A DNA stretch of 62,783 bases, filler included, from Sphacelaria rigidula (GCA_964200075.2; 7 parts of 7 records of this genome joined end to end with filler, not necessarily neighbours in it); one strand, 5' to 3'. Shown: positions 1 to 13,244, counted from the whole stretch's first letter. Numbers and translations are program-made. Notes: generated by a model from the letters alone, not told the origin.

Positions 1-441
1 TTGCTGTTGGGCACAAAGCGACCACGCAGCGGGCCCTTTGCGAATACGATGTTCCCCCCCCCCCCCCCCCCCGTCCCATGATCTCGTAACCCACCCCAAC
101 CTCGTAGTGCGAAGACTGACTCTTGTCAAGTGTAATGCTTGTTCTGTCCCGTAAGCTAGGTGCAAAATGTTTGTGCCGGCCTTTAACCGTGTCCATTTTT
201 TTTTTATCGTTTGTTCTGTCCTTTTTTTTAGTCGAGCCTTTGTCGGGGAGATATGATCTGCACCTCGTAGTTCGCCTAACTTATGGGACGAAGGAAGTAT
301 GGAGTGGATGCGTACAGTAAGACCTAGGTGCCTTAAAATTGTGCCCTGGAGAGTCTCGACCATGTGCGCAATCTTTCTGTTCTCATACGACAGCTGGGTA
401 AACCCTAATTTGCTAGCTGCTTTCCGTCGCTGTGCTGCCAG

Positions 442-614
442 GTATGGATGCGTATTGCCTCGTACGGTTTACTTCCCTCTGCTGGAGGATCTGCATGTTC
501 GCATCGTTCTGGGGCCTGCTAGCCTTGACACCTTTGTACTACAACGGCACGGCCAAGGCTGACGGTCTTTACATCATCACGCTCGCCAACGTCGAAAGTG
601 GAAGTAGTGAGCTG
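442..614 (+). CDS. CSC1/OSCA/TMEM63 (ERD4-like) calcium-permeable channel, internal exon a (gene truncated at both contig ends)
   Basis: ccag|GT ATG GAT...GAG CTG|gtgagt; encodes GMDAYCLVRFTSLCWRICMFASFWGLLALTPLYY...ITLANVESGSSEL, matching the family motif G.DA..f.RF...P.Y...t.aNV of the N-terminal TM region. Confidence 0.9.
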
Positions 615-1668
615 GTGAGTCGCTCCTGGTGGACTTGGTTGCTTGTTTCCGCTCCGTCTCAACGACATTTTGGTTTCGGAGCGCGAACATGAACTCCGCG
701 AAGGTCGGTGAACAGATGTTCGATCCATGCATATCTGTTCACTTGTCAAGTCAGTGTGGGTGAGTGACTGTACTGTCGGGTGGCTTTGTTCATCGCACTC
801 CTATTGGATAGTCTGCACCTTCGCTTGACATGGCACCGAGCCGATGGACTGTTCCTAACGACCTGTTTTGTGCTTCGTGCCCGATGTTGTGAAGGTGAAG
901 AAGAAATGTGCGCGTGAAACCACGGGTTGTTGGTGAGAGCTCCGTCGAAACCCGTTCCGAGTCGATGGTCTCATGTTGTAGCTAGCGTAAGCGTCTCAAT
1001 TCGGCGGGAAGGGGCGGGTGACGGTTAGACTGGGACAAGAAAGAGCGATGGTGAATGCGAATACAGCATTTACCCTTGCGTTGCGTTGAATGCCGAAAAC
1101 GGGAAGAAGTACGGTTATCAAGAAACTTTTTGTCCGCATCACGTCGATTTTCAGTATACCACCTTTTCCACCCCAAGTGAGCAGCGAGCATCAGTCGTCT
1201 TCTTTCCGTACTATGCGCCACCACACGACACTGCTGCGAACACGTATGTCCACTCTCAACCCCCCCCCGCGTCCTATTTTTGCAGGATGACTAATCATAA
1301 CGCCCCCCCCTCTCCCTAACCCTAACCCCGCTGTTCGTGACACCACCACCTTTTTTAAACCGTGCGGTTTGTCGCGACTGAATCTGATGTTGCTTTTCGC
1401 TCGGCGTGATATGATAGGAACGCATGAAGATACATTTCGCCAACCAATTGTTCATTAAATCTCGAGGGTTGGATATGTTAGCATTAATTTTATTGTCACT
1501 TTTTAGTGTGCCGTTCATTCTATGTAGTCGAATGTCCCAAAGCTTGAAACCACTGTACTAGCCTAGCCTGTTCTCATGTCTACGATGCGATGGTAGACGT
1601 CAAAATTTGTCGAGCTCTACATTTGTTGCATAACTTGTGTTCTCCAACTGTCTCCACCCTCGCCTCCG

Positions 1669-1703
<35 letters not shown>
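1669..1703. repeat. (TG)n microsatellite in intron
   Basis: about 17 TG units directly visible. Confidence 0.9.
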
Positions 1704-1704
<1 letters not shown>

Positions 1705-1725
1705 TACGTGTCGATTCGGGCGCAG

Positions 1726-1872
1726 TGGGTGACCGTGCTATTCGCGTATCTGTTCACCTGGCACGCTCTGTACGTGCTGAGGGGAGAGCACCAGGTCTTC
1801 GCGGAAATGCGAGAACAGTTTCTCACCACAGGGGACCCGGACTTCCCTTCTCAGGCCCGCTACACTTCCAAG
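1726..1872 (+). CDS. CSC1/OSCA-family channel, internal exon b
   Basis: cgcag|TGG...AAG|gttctg, phase 0/0; WVTVLFAYLFTWHALYVLRGEHQVFAEMREQFL...ARYTSK (TM helix then E...f...R..fL). Confidence 0.9.
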
Positions 1873-2453
1873 GTTCTGTTTTGTGTGTTTGTGATGTCTG
1901 CTGTTTCTGTAAGTGTAAATGTATTTCTCACACCTGCTCCAGTGGCAACATCTTACGGAAGTAATGCTTCATGTATGTCATCATCCAGCGTGTATAATGG
2001 TCAGGACTGTCCGTCATCATCCCCCTCTGCGGGAAATTTTCGCCAGCTGACCCTGCCCAAACTGGGAATTTAACGCGAAATCGATGCCTCACCCTAATTA
2101 GGCACGCCGACACGCCAACATGCGTTGTCAAATGGGAGATCTATCTATATTTAGGGTTAGGATGCTTCGGGAAAAAATTGCCGTGTTTCTTTTCCGCGAT
2201 TCTGCTTGTCCGACAGCTTTCTGGGAATTTCCCCACAATGCATTTTTCGGCTATCATAAGTCCAGAACACCGGTTCTAGAATGGCCACCCCGGAGTCCCT
2301 TGCCTACTGTTACTGTACGTAGGAACCGATCAATATCTGCTGCCTCGGACCGACCGCTACTCGTACAAGCTATGACGGATCTCTTCAGGTGTGCGATGTT
2401 TGTAGAGATAATTTTATGCAGCCCCCTCCGCCCGCGGTTGTTGTTCGGGACAG

Positions 2454-2536
2454 GTGGAAAATGTACCTGCTGAGCTGCGTTCGTCGGTGGCTTTGGAGGC
2501 GTACTTCGACGATATTTTCCCCGGAAAGGTTCACAG
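2454..2536 (+). CDS. CSC1/OSCA-family channel, internal exon c
   Basis: acag|GTG GAA AAT GTA CCT...CAC AG|gtgtgc; VENVPAELRSSVALEAYFDDIFPGKVH, start of the cytosolic (PHM7_cyt-like) domain; not in the ORF track. Confidence 0.88.
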
Positions 2537-4014
2537 GTGTGCAGTACGTCACACGTAGCTGATGGGTTTTGCTCGCCCCAAACGGTTTCCTCACGTACCA
2601 TAGGTGATGGTAGTGTTAACAAGAGTTTTCTCGAAAAGGGCGGCGATCATGCCATCATGCCATCATGCCATCATGCCGCACAACTTCGTCTCGTTCGGAA
2701 AATTCCGTCGAGGCGTGCCAATCAAATGGGGTATTTCAGGCGGTGCACGTCTTGTTTATGAATATAATTAAGACTATCACTACGATAAAAAAAATCTCAT
2801 CACTCGGGGGGGGAGGGGTTCACTTCCGCCTCGTCCCTTACACGGTATATGCTAGTCGCGAGCAATGCCCGGTGAACTAACTAGTTCGCCGTTGCATTTG
2901 TCGTGCTCAGCAGACCTAATCGTCTCACGTGTAGTTTTTTTTTTTTTTTTTACTTCGATCAACTCTTAGTTTTTCTTTCTCACCTTCTTTCTTCTTCGTC
3001 TATTCTGTCTGTTGTTCAGTTCTACCTTTTCTGTTTCTTGTTTTTTCCTCTGCGTCTATCGTGTTTCACTTCTGTTTTGTCTCGTGTACGTGTATCGTGT
3101 CACCACGGCTAAATCCCTGGAGGGTCAGTTTAAGTGCGACAAATCGAATCGAATCCATCGAATCAATAGCAATCGGAATGGATGTTACAACGGCGCACTG
3201 CTGAAAAATGCATGTCTGACTTGCGCAGCAGTGCCAGCGATGGTGTTAGAATGATGACGGTCGATGATTCTACTCGTGCCACGCGAGATAGTGAGTTGCA
3301 TCGTTTTCGATATTTTTATTCCTTGGCGTGATTTGCACATATATACCGCCTCAGCAATATCAAGTCGCATGCGTTTACTCATCGCTTAGCCACCAGCCAC
3401 GGCTACGCCCAACGGGTTGTTGTGTTGCCGTACGCAGGCTGTTTTTATCCACGTTGCCACAGTTTGAATATCTGCCGCTGAAAAATGTTCTATATTTACC
3501 CCCATCACAGCTCATGACTTGCAGCTTTTCGGTTCAAAACAGGGGGTTGTTGCAAACCCCCTTGCCTTGTTTTGTTTCAGCAGCTTTTCGTTTTCCGCAA
3601 TTTCTTCAAACGCATTGTTGTAAAAATTATGATTTCTGATAAAGCAAATCACCTCCAGAAGTGGTAAGACGAGCATCGGGCGCAACACCGAATGGCCGAC
3701 ACTGCTTTCCCCGTAATTGATGATGGATGATGGATTACATTATGCTAGGTCGGATGGACGAGCACTACTAGATCGGAATAGAAGATACCCCCCGAAGCAA
3801 AACAACAAAACAACTTGAGAAAGCCGCCAAATACTCCGAGAGGTCGCTGGCCAGAAAAAAAGTAGAGGTGAAAAATGTATAAAAAAATCGCGAAAGCTTC
3901 CGACGGTTGTTTGTGTATCAGGTTTGTCAGCGCGGTATTACTTACACACGGCGAAAATATTCGGACGTGGTTCGCTCTCTGTCTCCCCGTCCTTCTTCAT
4001 GCGGTATGCGGTAG

Positions 4015-4137
4015 CGCCGTCATGTGCCTCAATATGCCCATGCTAGAGAGTAAGGTACGTCAACGGGAGATTTTCGCGGACCAACTGGAGAAGGTCCGCT
4101 CCCATCAGCTGGCCACCGGCAAGGTTGTTGCCCACAG
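4015..4137 (+). CDS. CSC1/OSCA-family channel, internal exon d
   Basis: gtag|C GCC GTC...CAC AG|gtgaga, phase 2/2 fits neighbours; SAVMCLNMPMLESKVRQREIFADQLEKVRSHQLATGKVVAH. Confidence 0.85.
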
Positions 4138-4933
4138 GTGAGATATATTCGGAATTATTCAGGGAGCCCTTTCCTGACATTCCTGGGGTTTTGTAGTCCC
4201 GATCTCTTACATAGACAGCATCTGAGGAGGTCATTCCTCACGGCCATTAAGATTAAATAACAGCTTGGTATCTGTCCGGCCCACGACTAACAGCTGGGAT
4301 TCAATTTTCCCAGGACTAGCGACCTGTGCGCGCCACATTGCATTTGCGGAGCTAGACTCTTCGACTAGAGCACTGGCGAAGCGCTGGCGGTAGCAAGTCT
4401 ACCGTGGAAATGTTATGTTCTCAACAATACGTAAATAAAGATTAAAGATGCAGGCATCATATGAAGATCGTAGATTTAAAGTACAGGGTGATGTCAGATG
4501 TATTATGTATACGGGTACGGTGATGATTTTGTTTTTCACCTGGTCTAGCAGACGAGATGATGGGGTGAAGGAAGGCTGGGAGATACATGTATGTTACAGG
4601 TAAAGACTCTACATGTATGAGTGCTGAGCGTTGTTTCCTTCTGAATACAATCGAGCGCTTGAGATATCCTGAGCGTGTTTGCGTATTTTTTTGCAACCCG
4701 TAAGTCAAAATTGTTATCGGGTGTAGCTTGAGATGTTGGAACGTTGCTGAGCTTCATCGACCGTACATACACCACTTTTGCGAAACGGTTATCGTAACGG
4801 TAGCAGGTAGCAGCGATCTCGCCACTGAGAGGTAGCATACTATAACGAAACAATAACAGTAACAACAAGTGACAACAACAGAAAATAACAGCAGAAGTTC
4901 GTCTCGAAAACATGAATGAACACGTGGAAACAG

Positions 4934-5207
4934 GAAGCCGAGATTCCCTTGCGACTTTCTAGGGAGACCCACGGGCCTTACCCAGGCTGACTACCTCTCC
5001 CAAGAGCTCCGCAAGCTTAACGATGAAATTCGAGCGGATCAAGCAGCATTTCTCCGGTCCGCGCAACGCCTTAACGCCATGGATGATCGGCGCAAAAACG
5101 TTAACAACAACAACAACGCCCACGGCGATGTGGATGCCTCGCCTGGAATAGACACGAAGGGGCAGGGGGTGCGCGGGAGGGGCAGCAAGCAGGCGGAGGC
5201 CTTCAGG
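4934..5207 (+). CDS. CSC1/OSCA-family channel, internal exon e
   Basis: aacag|G AAG CCG...TTC AGG|gtgaga, phase 2/0; RKPRFPCDFLGRPTGLTQADYLSQELRKLNDEIRADQ resembles the family RP...G...daidYy..el..Ln..I segment. Confidence 0.8.
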
Positions 5208-6017
5208 GTGAGAGTGTAATAGTAATAGTGTAGGGGAGGAGGAGATAACACAGATAGACGCCAGTTATAGATGACTTACAACCAAACACGACGAGATAAC
5301 AGCCTCAAGCGTGTGAAATTATTCTTGTACCCTTTGCGACGTCGAATATATAGGACTACAGTATATCCAGTATATACAGAGATGCTTACGCCGCGCGGGG
5401 TACAAGGATTTGGCTCTCATCAGGTGTTTGTGTTGCGGAACGAAGCTTCGAATCGCGTGCGGTGGTTCTGTACTGAGTGGCTCAAACCCCCGTACGGGAG
5501 GTGCCTTGTGTTTGGTGTTGGTGGAAGACGGCTGTTTTCATCATTGTGGATGGGGGGTTGTCGGGCGATTTGAGCTCAGACTTCCTAGCGCCGCTCCCCG
5601 TCATTTCTCAGCGAGGACAAGGAACACGCTGCATTTACTTCCCTTTAGCACAAGGAGCTTGTATGTCGCTTATTTTTCGTGTGTTGGCCAATACAAGGAC
5701 CCGCCTGTCTGCTTTCCCCGCACAAGCAGAAAACGGTCGCTGTCATGACAGCTTCGTTTGTTCTTTTCATATGGATGCGCATCGGGGTAGGCAGGGCGAA
5801 GATCTAGCAATGGTCTTGATGATGTAATGCGTGCCCCGTTGGCGTTAGAACACGTGCGCCACAGGACGAGAATCGTTCGGTTGGTGCGAGGCGTCGGCGA
5901 ACTCCACTGCCATCAAAGCTTGCGATATGTTCCAGTTCTTATTTGTCATATGCTTGTGTTGTCTGAGCATTCGACCAATTCGACCTTTCTCTTTTTTCTA
6001 TGGACAACCATTCCTAG

Positions 6018-6120
6018 GGAAAATCACCGAAGGAAGAGGTAGACATGGGTCTGATCCAGGAGGCGGGAGAGGAGATCCTTCTCGACAAGCCCGAGCCGCA
6101 AAGGACAAGCGCGATACCAG
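6018..6120 (+). CDS. CSC1/OSCA-family channel, internal exon f (insertion region)
   Basis: cctag|GGA AAA...CCA G|gtactg, phase 0/1 bridges exons e and g; GKSPKEEVDMGLIQEAGEEILLDKPEPQRTSAIP; no conserved motif, supported by splice sites and phase. Confidence 0.65.
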
Positions 6121-6776
6121 GTACTGTTGACGTCGGGACAAACAAAGTATAACCGTTTACATCGGGATCTCGATATATTGCTACTATTCATATGCCCTCT
6201 GCTTGTATACACAGGTTGAAAACGCGGCATAGGAAAGAGTTTCCGTTGCCTCCCGTCGCTATGCCCGTGTCTTCGTTTCTTCCGCATTTGGCTCACCGCA
6301 TAGTATGAGAAAGCACGAGAAAGTATTTCTTCCTCAACCCCATCAATCATCTGGCGGTACTTTTGCACAGTTGTGCTTCCGAACTACGTAGAGATCTCAG
6401 AATTGTCCCCATGGTGAGGAGGATGTTTTTTGGTCCCAACCCACACTTGGGGATATGTTTTTCATCCTACCCTTTCACAGCATGTTGCGTGCGTTTCGCC
6501 GTTGCGCATTTTCCCGCTTCTTGACTGCCTGATTTCGTGCAACCGCTCCCGTACATACGCCCTACCTTTGGCTCAGGCCGCGTTACATGTCGTGTTTATT
6601 GCCCTACTAGAGAGTAAAGCAGGAACCGGCTCACATATTTTGGCTTGGGACCGGTGCATTAGCTGCCTTTATCGGTGGCGTGATATAGCCCCCATTAACA
6701 TAGCCCCCCCTCACCGCGCGCTTATTCCTCTCCATTCTCTCTGTATCAATTCAATATCATCACGTCATTACGCCAG

Positions 6777-7009
6777 CTGGGCGACAAAATGGAGACCGCG
6801 GCCACATCAATAAGCAAAAATTGTCGACTATTGACGACTTAATGCAAGCTGATGGCATAGAAGAGGAGGTGAAGGCTAGATTGCGAGGGGACTCGTCCGA
6901 GGCCATCCTTAGGGGCCCTGGTGCAAAGCCAGGGGTCACGCCGGCGATCGAGGCTGATCAGGGGGGGGGCATCGGGGGAATCATCGATGCTGCTCCGGAG
7001 ATGGCCAAG
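6777..7009 (+). CDS. CSC1/OSCA-family channel, internal exon g (insertion region)
   Basis: gccag|CT GGG...GCC AAG|gtttga, phase 1/0; AGRQNGDRGHINKQKLSTIDDLMQADGIEEEVKARLRGD...AAPEMAK. Confidence 0.7.
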
Positions 7010-8588
7010 GTTTGATTCTGGGTAGCGACAGCTCTTGTTTTATTTGTATCAGCCACCTGTTTCAGCTAGTGCAGTCCACGTACCAGTTTATTCCCCGCGG
7101 GTCTGCCAGTGCAGTAGTGGCGTTTCCTACTTGAGTTACTGATACATTTTTTCGCGCGTCCAGACGTTTCAATGGTACGTGTATCATAATATCTTCACGT
7201 CCTTTGTGCATAAAGTCGACATATTTTCTCCGAATAATGTCGTTTTGCGTGTTCATTTTTTTCCGTATTCCCGCATAGTGGTCCTTAAAATCACGGGTGA
7301 ATGCCTTGTGGTAGATGGCAAGCTTTGCGACGGTGGGTGTATTCTTGCTTTGACTATATCGTACACAACATGTTGGGCACTGGCCCTCGCCATTCCAATG
7401 CCAATCATGTGTCCATGTCGCTTGAAATGTTCTTTGAAAGGGCGGCGTACTCCCGTCGAACATGAAGCATATTGTTGGGAAAATCTCCCAGATAGATGTT
7501 TATATCTTCCATGGATGAAAATCCCGATTTTTGTTCAGTAATATTATTTGGAACTTTTGTTTTCATGAGTAATTGTTTCTCTTCTGTGGCTCCCCACCTC
7601 TCATTTTTACACCGTCACCCCGACGAGCTAATAACTTTCGTGGACCTTAGACCTAACTCGACCAAGTTTTGAAGAAGGAAAATGCAAAACGAATGGTGTT
7701 CAGGGTCTACTCGTTTAGTTTTTCGCAGCTATTCATCTGTAGGGTTCAAAGCAACACTCAGGATTCGGGTGAATCACCCCAACACGCCAGATACCCCGGC
7801 CCCTTTCCTTACGTCCCGAGAATGCCCCCTTGACTGAGGAAATCACGCTTGTAAGTCCCGACATATCCAGGGCATTATCGTCCTGGAACTTCTCGCAGCA
7901 GATGTGGCATTGCCCTTCGATGTTAGTTTTTAGGCCGGATTGGATTTCTCTTGATTTGTCGATTCGCGCGAAGTTCGATCCAGGCTCCAAGTCTCACTAT
8001 TTATAGTGTGAGCGAAAAAGAGCGGGCACCGCGTTGGTTGAAATTGGCACGGTGCATGGATGGATGGACGAAGAGGGTAGGTACAGCATGTAACCAGACG
8101 TGACGTAACTGCGCGAGGCTAGAGCCCAAACGTTCGGGTGTTGCCACTGCCGTTTACTTACGTAACTGCACCGAGCTACGTGTTTAGCGCATGAGGTTTC
8201 TCGGTCTGTCAGAGGCTCGCGGCTTGCGAGCTTGATATGTCACTGGAGCTGAAATACGGTACATGCTTCTCGAGATCATGGCGCTAGAGATCTCCTCCAA
8301 AAAGCTGAACCTGTTCCCACTGCCTTGGTCGTTTTGTTCTCTTGTCAGATGTAGATGGCTTCCTGATCACGAGCCATGCAAGGGCGTGCCGGTTCTTCTT
8401 TCTTTTCTGGAGACCGGTACTACCGTAGATCCGCCTGGTGTTTTCCTCCTCCCTTTAATTTCTCCCTTCTCCTTCCTTTCCCATGGGTGTGGGTGTGTCT
8501 AGATTCCGACGACGGCCGGTTTCGTGGCTGTACTGGTAATTCAATGTGCGACAATCAATCAACTGCCGGTGTGTTTTTTCTTCTCCAG

Positions 8589-8744
8589 GAGGCGTTGTCC
8601 GGGCTTGCGCTTGTGGGGGAGACAGCCTTCCACACCACTAAACGAGTAGCGCGAGGCGTCCTGTACCTGGTCCCCGGACAGCGGATGAGCACCACCGGTT
8701 TTGTTACGTTCAGGGAGATGTCGGCGTGCGCCTCTTCTCGACAG
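8589..8744 (+). CDS. CSC1/OSCA-family channel, internal exon h
   Basis: pyrimidine tract ttttccttctccag|GAG...CGA CAG|gtttga; contains STTGFVTFREMSACASSRQ, the family (A/G)FV(T/S)F....A....Q motif ending the cytosolic domain. Confidence 0.88.
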
Positions 8745-8884
8745 GTTTGACCCATTGTTTCATTATTTCATTGCATTATTGATTGAATGATTGAGTGGTC
8801 GAATGACTGGATGTTCAGGTCCCCCCCCCCCCCCCCCCCCCCCTCCCCCCCCCCTTCACATCCCCCCGCCGGCTGGGGGTTCGT

Positions 8885-8984
8885 NNNNNNNNNNNNNNNN
8901 NNNNNNNNNNNNNNNNNNNNNNNNNNNNTTAATTAATTAANNNNNNNNNNNNNNNNNNNNNNNNNNNNNNNNNNNNNNNNNNNN
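8885..8984. other. artificial contig linker
   Basis: N44-TTAATTAATTAA-N44, stops in all six frames. Confidence 0.97.
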
Positions 8985-11900
8985 TTTTTTCGTGCAACCA
9001 AATACCCCCCCCCCCATTCGTAGGATGACTCGGAGGAACAAAAAAATGTACGGGACAGATGGGGGCGTCTTCGCACATACATCCTGTACATCGCGCCAAA
9101 ATGTCATGGAAAACGACCTGAAATTAAGCTGCTAAATCGCGTGTTCGTGTTTCAAGACTGGTTTTCATGTGGAGATGGACCAGCCACGAAAAAATGAAAC
9201 GCGGTTATGCTGTTCAATTTCAAGTATTTTTCCACCAAACTCCGTCACGATGCGCATGAGGTATGTTGTGAAGTCCCTGTTGTCCCCCCTTGACATTATA
9301 TTCCTTTTCAATAAAATGATGATGCTTTGTACTAGGCAAAACTGTTCCGAAGTTTGAATCACCGATAACTCACGAGGTGGAAAGAAAATGAAAAAGGAGG
9401 ACACGGTAGGGGCTTGACATATACCCAGTGTTATATCGTGTCAAAATCTCATGGAAAACGACTTGAAATTGAACAATAACATCGCGTTTTTCTGTCGAGA
9501 ACCGGTTCACTTGCTTTTAGAGCACAACAACCTCAGCCCGAACTTTGACGTTTTCTACAAGCCCGACGCCTTGGGGCGCTGGAGGTCGTACAGTACGACA
9601 TGAATTATTGTACAACCACAACCAGTGCAGCACCATCACTTTGCGGCCACGGCACAACCGACTGTAAGCGTAAATACGATTTCAGCCGTTTTTTTTCCCC
9701 AATTCCGCCGCACATGCCACCCTCAACTCTCTACACTTCGCAGCTGACTCCAGTTTGGTATTTCGTTGGATGGGTACTTGTCAGATCGCAGTGCTACGTG
9801 AAGTGAAACACGCGCGTTGATTTACAGATCATCACGATGTGTCGTAGTAGGCACAACTCGCGATAGATCGTCAGTTAGACCGGGCTGAAAGAAAGTCCGC
9901 TCCTTAGGCGGCCCAGCCTGTAATACTCGTTTTTCTCGGGACTTGTGTCGGGTACTCACGTTTCTCGATTCCAATGCTTGGGATCAAACCGAGACCGTGA
10001 TTCGTGATGACCCAAGAACCTGAAACATTGCTTACAATCCAAATGCGAGGTTTGAATGTTTTGCTTCCATTAGCCATTACCTGCGACTCGACAACCATCA
10101 CGGTACAACCCAGCAATGATCAATTCACTCGAGGGAATCCAATACATACACAAGATCACTACACGAACAGCCACCGGTTCACGAAGGAACAATCGTTAGT
10201 CACGGAAAAAAGAGGCCGAACCCTGAGCCCGAGGGAAGACCAATACCGTACAAACGCCAAAGTGTAAAATCAGACGAAGGACACGCACAGGACGGAAACT
10301 GAAAAGAAGCACCGAGGCGAACGGCAGCACAACGGCAGCACAACGGGAGCACAACAAACAGAATCGACAAACACCGTCACAACAACAACAACAACAGAAG
10401 CAGCCTCAGCTTCTGCACAACACAAACAAAAATCGAACGAAAACAAATTATCACCTTCTCGACATGGCCCTGCGCGACGACGATAATAATGGCCATCCAG
10501 CGGAAGCATCCTACCGCTCCAAGCATCGCGACTCCGTCGATGACCCCCCGCATCCCAACCCACGTCACGCCGCCAGTGTGACTGTCTCAAGACTTCGCTG
10601 GCCACAACACAGCCCCTTGGTAGTGAGCGATTATGCACTGTAGACTGCCGTTGAGACTTGCGTGAAATCGGCCTGCCGCAATTGTTCAGGTGTCAAGAAA
10701 TGGAGAGGAGGGGTCGGTATGCTACCACACGTTCGAAACGTCAACTTCAAAAAGCGAGGCACTGTGGCTTCTCGCTTATTCCTCCAAGGGGCTAGGGAGG
10801 ATCCCACATATTTTGGTCGGACCGGTCTCATTCGATCTGATGCAGCACAAGAAAAAAACGATATACCACAAGTTCGACAAAATAACATCTGATGTTTGGA
10901 CCCTGCGGCGCCTCAATTGTGTCACTGGATATTTCCCAACCGGACACCAGAAGCTGGCTACACAGGAACAGATTCGATCCTTAGACATTCAAGCGCCCCA
11001 GATATTGGGAGTAGCGATACAAATCCGCAGGAGAGTTGGCACACATCCAGTTGAACCTCTCACTTGACCGGGTCTCTGACTTTGAGCAACTCGGTACCGA
11101 GGCGCAGTCGGGCATGCCCTCGCATCCCGCACCTCGACTAACTTGGAAAATTAGACCTGTGTCGGCGGAGGTTTTTGCTTGGAAACAATTTTTTCACGAC
11201 TCCTTCGAACTATGACATGAAATTTCAGCTACAAAATTGAGCGCGGATCCGGGGGGAGAGGGGGGGGGGGGGATGGGGGAAAAACCGGAGGAAAAAATCA
11301 CCCAGAGGACGATGACTTCATGTGCGTGAGCACGCACTACTCCGAAATATTTGGATGGATTTGTTTGAGATGTGAAGTGAGTTGGATACCACAAACGTGT
11401 GCCGTGCGGCTAGAGTGGTGGAGGTGTGTGCTTGATAGCTGAACCACCTGCAACCCTTGTATCACCACTCACGTGGGTATGAGCCGAGGCGAACCAGCTG
11501 CATTGTGGCCCGAACATACGGGTATTTCCGGCATGGAGCAGTGCGTCGCAGCCAAGTGAAGGTCACGGCGAGGTGGTCGTCTTGATGCCAACTCCAAGCG
11601 GATGTGCTCAAACCTGAGGATTCTCCCGGAAGCCGTCGTGGAGAGTTGGTGTGAACGGCCGATGTGCCTTTTCGTGGAACCACCGTGTGCGGTATTTTGT
11701 AGTCTAGCATCGATCAACGGAAACACGAGGCTGAGATTCTCGGTTCCCGACGCGACTGCTGCTAGCTTCGGAAGAGAATGATCAAGAGAGATGCTCACCT
11801 CGACGCTTGTCGCTCAGCTTGGCAAAAACCCCTGATCCTCTAGTCTTGTACCTCAACTCGAGCCTCCGTGTCACCCGTCATGGCGATGAGCCTTTCCCAT

Positions 11901-12418
11901 CCCCGCATATTGTCGCCCCGTGCTTGCAAGCCAGTTCCTCTGCCGTACCTGCTGCAGCATGCCGTCTCCGGTGACTACTCTCCTCCCTACACCCTCCTGC
12001 CAAGTCCTGTAAACTGCTCTAGCTCTCCAGCTGTCTAGGAACAAGTCCAACGCCCACGCCTCGCCGGGCTGAGAGCTACAAGAGTCGCTGAACAGGAACC
12101 AAACCATTTTCCCATCATACTTTCCTCTACCCTTATAACATGTCCTGCGCCTTCGCGTGCGAAACGAAGCAAACCAAATTTGCTCCTCTGCGCCGGCGTT
12201 GTAATGTGTGTCTCCCCCCGCCGTCTTCTGTGCCCCTCTGTACCTTTCCGTCGGTTGTACTTGTTCTGAAGCTGACCTGTCTCTCATCTCTCTCTTGCTT
12301 CTCTTCATCATTTGTAAGGTATCTTCTGTTTCTTCCGTACCAGCAGTGCCTTTTCTTTCCCTATCCCACCACGTGTAAGCCTCATGACCTGGCCAAGTTC
12401 ATTGTGTTCTCCATTATA

Positions 12419-12923
12419 CTTCCTCTGTCCCATAAGTAAAGGTACCTAAATTTGTCCGGGCCCTCAACGATGTCTGATCTATTTTCTTTCTTTTAATGAA
12501 CTCTACGGTGTTTTTTGGGTCAAGAAAATGTGTTCAAATTTTGCAGCTCGTGCTTGAACCATACCGCCGAACGGCTGCAAAAAAAGTAGTCGGCCCAAAA
12601 AACGGCCGATTTTTGCCCCTTTCAGAGGGGGAAAAAAAGAGTCGAAACAACCTTTTTTTAATCGCATGGGACTTCCTGGCGGCAAGCCCCAGTGAAGGCG
12701 GGGGCGATTAAAAAAAAATCCGCTCGGAAAGGGGCAAAAAACGGCCATTTTGGGGCCGACTACTTCTTTTGCAGTCGTTCGGCGGCATGGCTCAAGCACG
12801 AATTGCAAATTTCAGACACATTTGTTTAGCCCAAAAAACACCGTAGAGTGAAAGAAAAAAACGATCGGATATCGTTAAGGGTCCGTAAAAATTAAGGTAC
12901 CTTTATTTATGGGACAGAGAAAG
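12419..12923. mobile_element. Stowaway-like (Tc1/mariner-derived) fold-back MITE, 505 bp
   Basis: termini CTTCCTCTGTCCCATAA / TTATGGGACAGAGAAAG, TA on both sides, about 210-bp imperfect inverted arms. Confidence 0.85.
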
Positions 12924-12925
12924 TA

Positions 12926-13240
12926 CCGTAGATCCAACACGAGGCAGGGGCCTTTCCCTGGCCAGCACCTGCAGAGAGCTGTTCAAGCTGCACAGTCGTG
13001 GGACGCACGGCCAACACAGCGAGAGCGAAATCACACGCCACGTGATGAAAGGATGCGTAAACTCGCAGCATGAGGCCGCATGTTATCGACCAGTAAGGCA
13101 CTCATCACAGTTGATTCTTTCGGAAGTGTCTCTTCCCACCTCCGGGACAGACACTTTATCTTGTACGGGTCCAGGAAAAAATAAGCAACAACTGGGTCCA
13201 GAGTGAAGGAAACGATCAGCTCCTGAATAGCCTGCCACAA
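12926..13240 (-). pseudogene. probable hAT transposase relic (C-terminal dimerisation-like segment), frameshifted
   Basis: minus-strand fragments VAYFFLDPY and FALAVLAVRPTTVQLEQLSAGAG resemble hAT A..LDPR and LA..VL..P.TS...ER.FS.AG motifs; judged by eye only. Confidence 0.4.
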
Positions 13241-13244
13241 GTCA

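Noticed and set aside
8929..8940. Palindromic TTAATTAATTAA recurring every ~8984 bp as a biological periodic signal
   Set aside because: Embedded in fixed N runs; it is an assembly linker.
9900..10600. LTR retrotransposon 5' end on the minus strand (CACA followed by TGGCGGCGTGAC as a possible PBS)
   Set aside because: No second LTR and no gag, protease, RT or integrase motif recognised; tRNA complementarity could not be verified.
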